The translations under genes were made by a program, and so were the position numbers. Shown here in pieces: positions 59,741-64,000 of a stretch of DNA of 64,000 nt (its first letter is position 1; every line of letters starts with the position of its first letter). Below the pieces are notes generated by a model. That model was not told the DNA's origin and searched no databases. It worked only from the letters and a program-made list of their open reading frames with translations. The stretch lies in the NCBI GenBank assembly GCA_018402345.1, contig JAGYIV010000012.1, positions 309,813 through 373,812 of the forward strand, read 5' to 3'. This stretch comes from Terrimicrobiaceae bacterium. GTDB lineage: Bacteria > Verrucomicrobiota > Verrucomicrobiia > Chthoniobacterales > Terrimicrobiaceae.

Positions 59741-61039
59741 TTATTTCGCGGGGTCGTTGTAGAGGGCGGTGTCGAGTTCCCCCTCCGAGCGGGCGACGAT
59801 ACAGGAGACCGTGGCGTCGCCGGTGACATTGACTGCTGTGCGGGCCATGTCGAGAAGTCGGTCGATGCCGAGAATGAGGGCGATGCCCTCCACCGGCAGT
59901 CCCGCCTGGGTGAGAACCATGCTCAGCATGACAAGGCCCACCCCCGGCACGCCGGCTGTTCCTATCGAGGCGAGGGTCGCGGTGAGAACGACCATGAGGA
60001 GTTGGGGCGGGCCGAGTTCGAGGCCGTAGGCTTGGGCGATGAATATCGTGGCGACTCCCTGCATGATGGCGGTGCCATCCATATTGATGGTCGCGCCGAG
60101 CGGCACGGTGAATGAGGCGATCGGATTCGAGACGCCCAGGCGGAATTCAACGGTGTTGAGAGTAACGGGGATGGTTGCGTTGCTCGAGGCGGTCGAAAAG
60201 GCAAAGAGGTGGACCTCCCGCATCTTGCGGAAAAACGGCCCGATTGGGAGGCGGGCGAGTATTTTCAGAAGGAGCGGATAGACGCCGAAACAGTGCAGGG
60301 CGAGGGCGAGGAGGACAGTGAGAAAATACCCGATCAACGGCCCGAACGCTCCGAATCCCTCGTTGGCAAAAGTGCGGGCGATGAGGGCGAAGACACCGAT
60401 CGGAGCGAGCGACATGACGATGCCGACGAGTTTCATGATGACGTCGTTCCAGTCATTGCAGGCTCCCAGCACACGTTTACCCGCAGCTCCGGCGAGGGTG
60501 AGGGCCAATCCAAGCAGGATGGAAAAGACAATGATCTGAAGCATGTTCCCCGCTGCCATGGCTTCGAGGGCGTTTTTGGGAACGAGGTTCACAAACGTGT
60601 CAGCCAGCGGCGGGGACGGGCGGGCCTCGAAGTTGGCGCCTGCATCGAGGGTGAAACCGCGCCCCGGGCCGAACAGGAGCGCCAGGCCCATGGCCATGGA
60701 AATCGCAGCGGCGGTGGTAACCAGGTAAAGGGCAAGCGCACGGAGGCCCACTCGCCCGAGTTTGCGGATGTCATCCATCGCCGCCGATCCGCAGACCAGC
60801 GAGAGAAAGACAACTGGAACCACGAGAACCGTGAGTAGGCGAAGGAATGCCTGACCCGCCACTTGGAAGATGCCGTTCACCAACCCCTCTCGCAGTCCTG
60901 TGGCGATGGGCGAATCGGGGTCGAGTGCAGACAGGAGGGCATGGAGAGCAGTGCCGGTGGCGATGCCCAGCAGCATCGCCCAAAGAATCCAACGGGTCAG
61001 GCGCGCGTGGGCCGACTTTTCCTGTGACGAGCCGCTCAT
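59741..61039 (-). CDS. Dicarboxylate/amino acid:cation symporter (DAACS, GltP-like)
   Basis: 432-aa ORF with the motifs FSTASSNATIPVT, GATINMDGTA and DMARTAVNVTGD. Confidence 0.9.
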   Translation of the reverse strand: MSGSSQEKSAHARLTRWILWAMLLGIATGTALHALLSALDPDSPIATGLREGLVNGIFQVAGQAFLRLLTVLVVPVVFLSLVCGSAAMDDIRKLGRVGLRALALYLVTTAAAISMAMGLALLFGPGRGFTLDAGANFEARPSPPLADTFVNLVPKNALEAMAAGNMLQIIVFSILLGLALTLAGAAGKRVLGACNDWNDVIMKLVGIVMSLAPIGVFALIARTFANEGFGAFGPLIGYFLTVLLALALHCFGVYPLLLKILARLPIGPFFRKMREVHLFAFSTASSNATIPVTLNTVEFRLGVSNPIASFTVPLGATINMDGTAIMQGVATIFIAQAYGLELGPPQLLMVVLTATLASIGTAGVPGVGLVMLSMVLTQAGLPVEGIALILGIDRLLDMARTAVNVTGDATVSCIVARSEGELDTALYNDPAK

Positions 61040-61102
61040 CCGGCGACCCTATCGGGAGGCCTGAGCGATCAACAAGAACCGATTGGCGAGGGGGTTCGGG
61101 GG

Positions 61103-61963
61103 TTATTGCGCGTCGCCAGCCGTCTGCCTCACGGTGTCCTTATACCAAAGGATACCGTGTCTGCGGAGGTTGACGACGAGGGCTTCGAGATTCTCGGCGA
61201 GTTGGCGGTTGCTTACGAGGGTGCCGAGGACGCCTTTGCCCGAGCGGATCTGGTCCACGAGATTGTGGATCGAGGCGATGGTTTTATTGAGTTCCTCGGC
61301 GGCCTGCTTGCCGCTCATGAGTGTCTTGTCCGCTTCGGCCACGAGTTTGCCCGCTTTGCCCGAGGCGTCGGCGATTTGGGAGGTAGCGGTTTCGAGGTTC
61401 TTGATCGTCTTGCTGATCGACGCGAGTTCGTCTTTCGCGAGGACGGTTTGGTCGAGTTTCAGGACGACATTGTTGATGTTTTTCACGGTGGTCTTGAGTT
61501 CCGCGATCAGCTCGCCCGCGCCATCGGTCATAGAGGCGATGCCCCCCGAGTCATCCGCGCCTTGAATGACAGCGCCGGGTTGGATGTAGCCTTCCTTTGT
61601 GCCGTTCCCGTCGAGTTTGATCTCGATGAATTTGTCGCCGAGGAGACCGGAACTGCCAATGGCGAAGGTGCTGTCGGCGGGGATTTGGACTTCGTCGAGG
61701 ATTCGGACATCAACATAAATGCCCTTCATGTCCGGCAGGATGGTCGGGGCGCTGAGCACGCGACCGACCTTTGCTCCGGCGAGCAAGACTTCGGAGCCGC
61801 GCAGGAGGCCGCTGGCGTTCGTGAACTCAACGCGCACGTTGTAGTATTTTGCGAACCCTTCCCCGAGGCGGCCGAAGTAAACGACCATGAGACCCACGAC
61901 GACGAGGCCCGCAAGGAGGAAAAGTCCGACTTTGAGTTGTGTTCCGCGTTCTTCGGTGCTCAT
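61103..61963 (-). CDS. mlaD: MlaD/MCE-domain protein
   Basis: Trimmed to ATG 61963 (MSTEERGTQLKVGLFLLAGLVVVGLMVVYF). MCE domain (VEFTNASGLLRGSEVLLAGAKVGRV) and a long helical C-terminus. Follows mlaF. Confidence 0.8.
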   Translation of the reverse strand: MSTEERGTQLKVGLFLLAGLVVVGLMVVYFGRLGEGFAKYYNVRVEFTNASGLLRGSEVLLAGAKVGRVLSAPTILPDMKGIYVDVRILDEVQIPADSTFAIGSSGLLGDKFIEIKLDGNGTKEGYIQPGAVIQGADDSGGIASMTDGAGELIAELKTTVKNINNVVLKLDQTVLAKDELASISKTIKNLETATSQIADASGKAGKLVAEADKTLMSGKQAAEELNKTIASIHNLVDQIRSGKGVLGTLVSNRQLAENLEALVVNLRRHGILWYKDTVRQTAGDAQ

Positions 61964-61976
61964 GGGTGTGTGGTTT

Positions 61977-62737
61977 TCAATAAATGGTCTCGCCGGATCT
62001 TCCATCCACAAAATCCCGAATGACCGGATCGGTTGTTGATTTGAGTTCCTCCGGGGAGCCGACAAAGTAGATACGGCCTTGATCGAGAAGGGCGACACGG
62101 TCGGCGATGTGGAAGCAGCTGACCATGTCGTGGGTGACCACGATGGATGTGACGTGGAGTTCCTTTTGGAGGTGACGGATGAGTTTGTTGATGCTGTCCG
62201 AGACGATGGGGTCGAGGCCCGCGGTGGGTTCGTCGTAGAGGATGACCGACGGGGGTGAGATGATCGCCCTCGCGAGGGCCACGCGTTTGCGCATGCCGCC
62301 GCTCAGGTTGACGGGCATCTTTTTGTCGTGCCCGGTCATGTTCACCATGGCGAGGGACTCGGCGACTTTTTGGGCGATGGTCGCGGGATTTTTCTCGCCG
62401 CGCTCGCGGAGGGGGAAGGCGACGTTGTCGAAGACATTCATTGAGTCGAAGAGCGCGCCGTCCTGGAAGAGCATGCCAATGCGCCGGCGGACCGGCTCCA
62501 AGGCGCGTTCGTCAAGCGTGGTGATCTCCTCGTGTTCAAAGGTGATGCTGCCCGAGAGGGGACGCATGAGGCCGATGAGGTGGCGGAGGAACACGCTTTT
62601 GCCGCCGCCGCTTTTTCCCAAGAGCACGAGCGTCTCGCCGGAAAACACATCGATCGAGAGTCCACGCAGGATTTCCTGCGAGCCGATCTTTGAACCAGGT
62701 CGCGAACTTTGATCAATGGCGTGACAGGATGTTTCAT
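61977..62737 (-). pseudogene. mlaF: ABC transporter ATP-binding protein MlaF, split by one frame change near 62693
   Basis: ATG 62737 encodes MKHPVTPLIKVRDLV. The remainder continues in another frame as KIGSQEILRGLSIDVFSGETLVLLGKSGGGKS...LSGGMRKR...ILYDEPTAGLD. Confidence 0.85.
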
Positions 62738-63519
62738 CCGGCGGGGAAGAAGATGTTGAGGGCCATGGTGAGGAAGAAGTTCGAGATCAGGATGGCCAGC
62801 GAGCAGTTCACGACTGTCGATGTCGTGGCGCGGCCCACGCCCACCGCGCCATCCTTCGCGCCGAGGCCTTCGCGGCAACTAATGAAGACGATGACTCCGG
62901 CGAAGAAAAAGCCTTTTACGAGGGACATGGTGATGTCGCTCGAGTCGGTCCATTTCTGGATATTTGCGAGAAAATAGACGCCAGGGATGTTCAGCACTTG
63001 GACGCCAGTGTAGTAGCTGGCGAGGATGCCGAAGCCCACGCACTCGACGACGAGGAACGGCATGGAAATGAACATCGCCACAGCGCGGGGCACGACGAGG
63101 TAGTCGACAGGATTGACAGCCAGGGCGCGGAGGGCGTCGATTTGCTGGCTGACCTTCATGGTGCCGATCTCCGCGCACATCGCCGCACCAACGCGTCCCG
63201 CAACCATGACTCCGGTGAGGGTGGGGCCCAGTTCGCGGAACATCGAGAGGGCGACCACAGGGCCGACGGCGGTTTCCATATTCAACGCGGCGAACTGGAA
63301 ATATGCCTGCGCGGTGAAGACGGCTCCGGTAAAGGCTCCGGTGACGATGACCACCAGTTGCGAGCGGTAGCCGATCTCGGCGATTTGTTGCATGACGAGG
63401 CGGAGCCTGATGCGTCCGCAGGCAATCGAGCCGAGTGTTTCCCAAGCTAAAATCGCGACCTGGCCGAGGAAGGTCAGGAAATTCGTGGTGAGGTTGCCGA
63501 GTAGTCGAACGAGTGCCAT
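62734..63519 (-). CDS. mlaE: MlaE-family ABC transporter permease
   Basis: Trimmed to ATG 63519 (MALVRLLGNL). MlaE pattern (RELGPTLTGVMVAGRVGAAMCAEIGTMKVSQQIDAL). Its stop overlaps the mlaF start (ATGA). Confidence 0.85.
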   Translation of the reverse strand: MALVRLLGNLTTNFLTFLGQVAILAWETLGSIACGRIRLRLVMQQIAEIGYRSQLVVIVTGAFTGAVFTAQAYFQFAALNMETAVGPVVALSMFRELGPTLTGVMVAGRVGAAMCAEIGTMKVSQQIDALRALAVNPVDYLVVPRAVAMFISMPFLVVECVGFGILASYYTGVQVLNIPGVYFLANIQKWTDSSDITMSLVKGFFFAGVIVFISCREGLGAKDGAVGVGRATTSTVVNCSLAILISNFFLTMALNIFFPAG

Positions 63520-63642
63520 GGGACTCCTGTGTTCCGGCGCGTCAAAAACGCCGCAAGCGAGCAGAACATCATGTCGCCACGGGAGGCCATGGCAAGGACG
63601 AAGAGCGCAAATTTCCCGAACCAAAAGGAACGGGGGTGGTGG

Positions 63643-64000
63643 CTATTTCGAGGCCTTTTTGGCTTTCGGTGCTTTGGCTTTTTTGGCCGGCGATTCGTCG
63701 GAGGTCTCCGCTTCGAGCGGTGTCTCCGGGGTTTCCTCGGCAACAGGAGATTCCACGGTAGCATCAGGCGCATCGTTCATGGCGGGTTCGGCATCCGCCG
63801 GTGGTTCGGTGGATTCCTCAGGCGCGGGGGGGCCAGTCTCGGCAGTCTTGCCTCCGAAAATGGAGTCGATGAAGGATTGAGGATCCTCCGGCGTGGAGGA
63901 ATCGCTGGGCGCGGGGACTGGAGTCTCCGCAGTGTTGCCCCCAAAGATGGAGTCGATGAAGGATTGAGGATTCTCCGGCGTGGAGGAGTCGGTCGCTGCG
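63643..64000 (-). CDS. Acidic repeat protein with Lys/Ala-rich C-terminus, partial (5' end beyond window end)
   Basis: Hand translation of the minus strand gives ...SSTPENPQSFIDSIFGGNTAETPVPAPSD SSTPEDPQSFIDSIFGGKTAETGPPAPEE STEPPADAEPAMNDAPDATVESPVAEETPETPLEAETSDESPAKKAKAPKAKKASK, with the stop at 63643-63645. It is absent from the ORF track because the start lies outside the window. Confidence 0.6.
   Translation of the reverse strand, partial: AATDSSTPENPQSFIDSIFGGNTAETPVPAPSDSSTPEDPQSFIDSIFGGKTAETGPPAPEESTEPPADAEPAMNDAPDATVESPVAEETPETPLEAETSDESPAKKAKAPKAKKASK
63814..64000 (-). repeat. 87-bp (29-codon) tandem repeat within the partial CDS, at least two copies
   Basis: TGGAGTCGATGAAGGATTGAGGA occurs at 63861 and 63948, 87 nt apart. 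The flanking sequence of the two units is mostly conserved by eye. The array may continue beyond the window. Confidence 0.8.

Noticed and set aside
63814-64000. Tandem 87-bp repeats as a CRISPR-like or non-coding satellite array
   Set aside because: The period is a multiple of three and the repeats lie in an open frame. The repeat units are directly adjacent, with no unique spacers.

Overview
GC-rich chromosomal segment of a diderm bacterium. Gene content and protein style look PVC/Verrucomicrobia-like to me, but that is an unverified inference. I can support about 58 protein-coding genes, one tRNA-Ser(CGA) and a nested pair of IS630-family insertion sequences. I saw no rRNA, CRISPR array, prophage or obvious defence island. 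Most genes are housekeeping: envelope and lipid (hldD, lpxI, pgsA, plsC, mlaE-mlaF-mlaD, OprB porin, M23 peptidase); metabolism (acs, Zn-ADH, glyoxalase-like); DNA repair (mutY, rnhC); biosynthesis (lysA, trpF, a tyrA-aroA-cmk-plsC operon, menF-menD-menH); translation and RNA (prfC, DEAD-box helicase); transport (SSS, MFS sugar porter, RND pump, DAACS, CaCA, AI-2E, TauE, LivJ-like binding protein). Genes are tightly packed, with many ATGA/GTGA/TTGA start-stop overlaps. Main observations: (1) six conserved genes (SSS transporter, lysA, aroA, RND permease, menD, mlaF) are each split by a single frame change at short homopolymer or G/C runs, which means either assembly indel errors or real gene decay. 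(2) One IS630-family element is inserted at a TA inside the transposase gene of another, 176 nt downstream of tRNA-Ser, and both carry an A8 tract at the HTH/DDE junction. (3) An identical 39-bp element with a 14-bp perfect palindrome lies upstream of two unrelated operons. (4) Several poorly understood modules stand out: a dCache histidine kinase coupled to three STAS domains with no response regulator, an 891-aa Hsp70-like protein with an unknown C-terminal half, a signal-peptide-bearing PD-(D/E)XK-like protein coupled to the porin, an FHA/cNMP membrane protein, a ClpX-like ATPase without zinc finger or IGF loop, and a membrane protein with three T2SSE_N-like domains beside an orphan ParA. 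I did not find a convincing multi-gene novel system. These candidates are hypotheses, not demonstrated systems.
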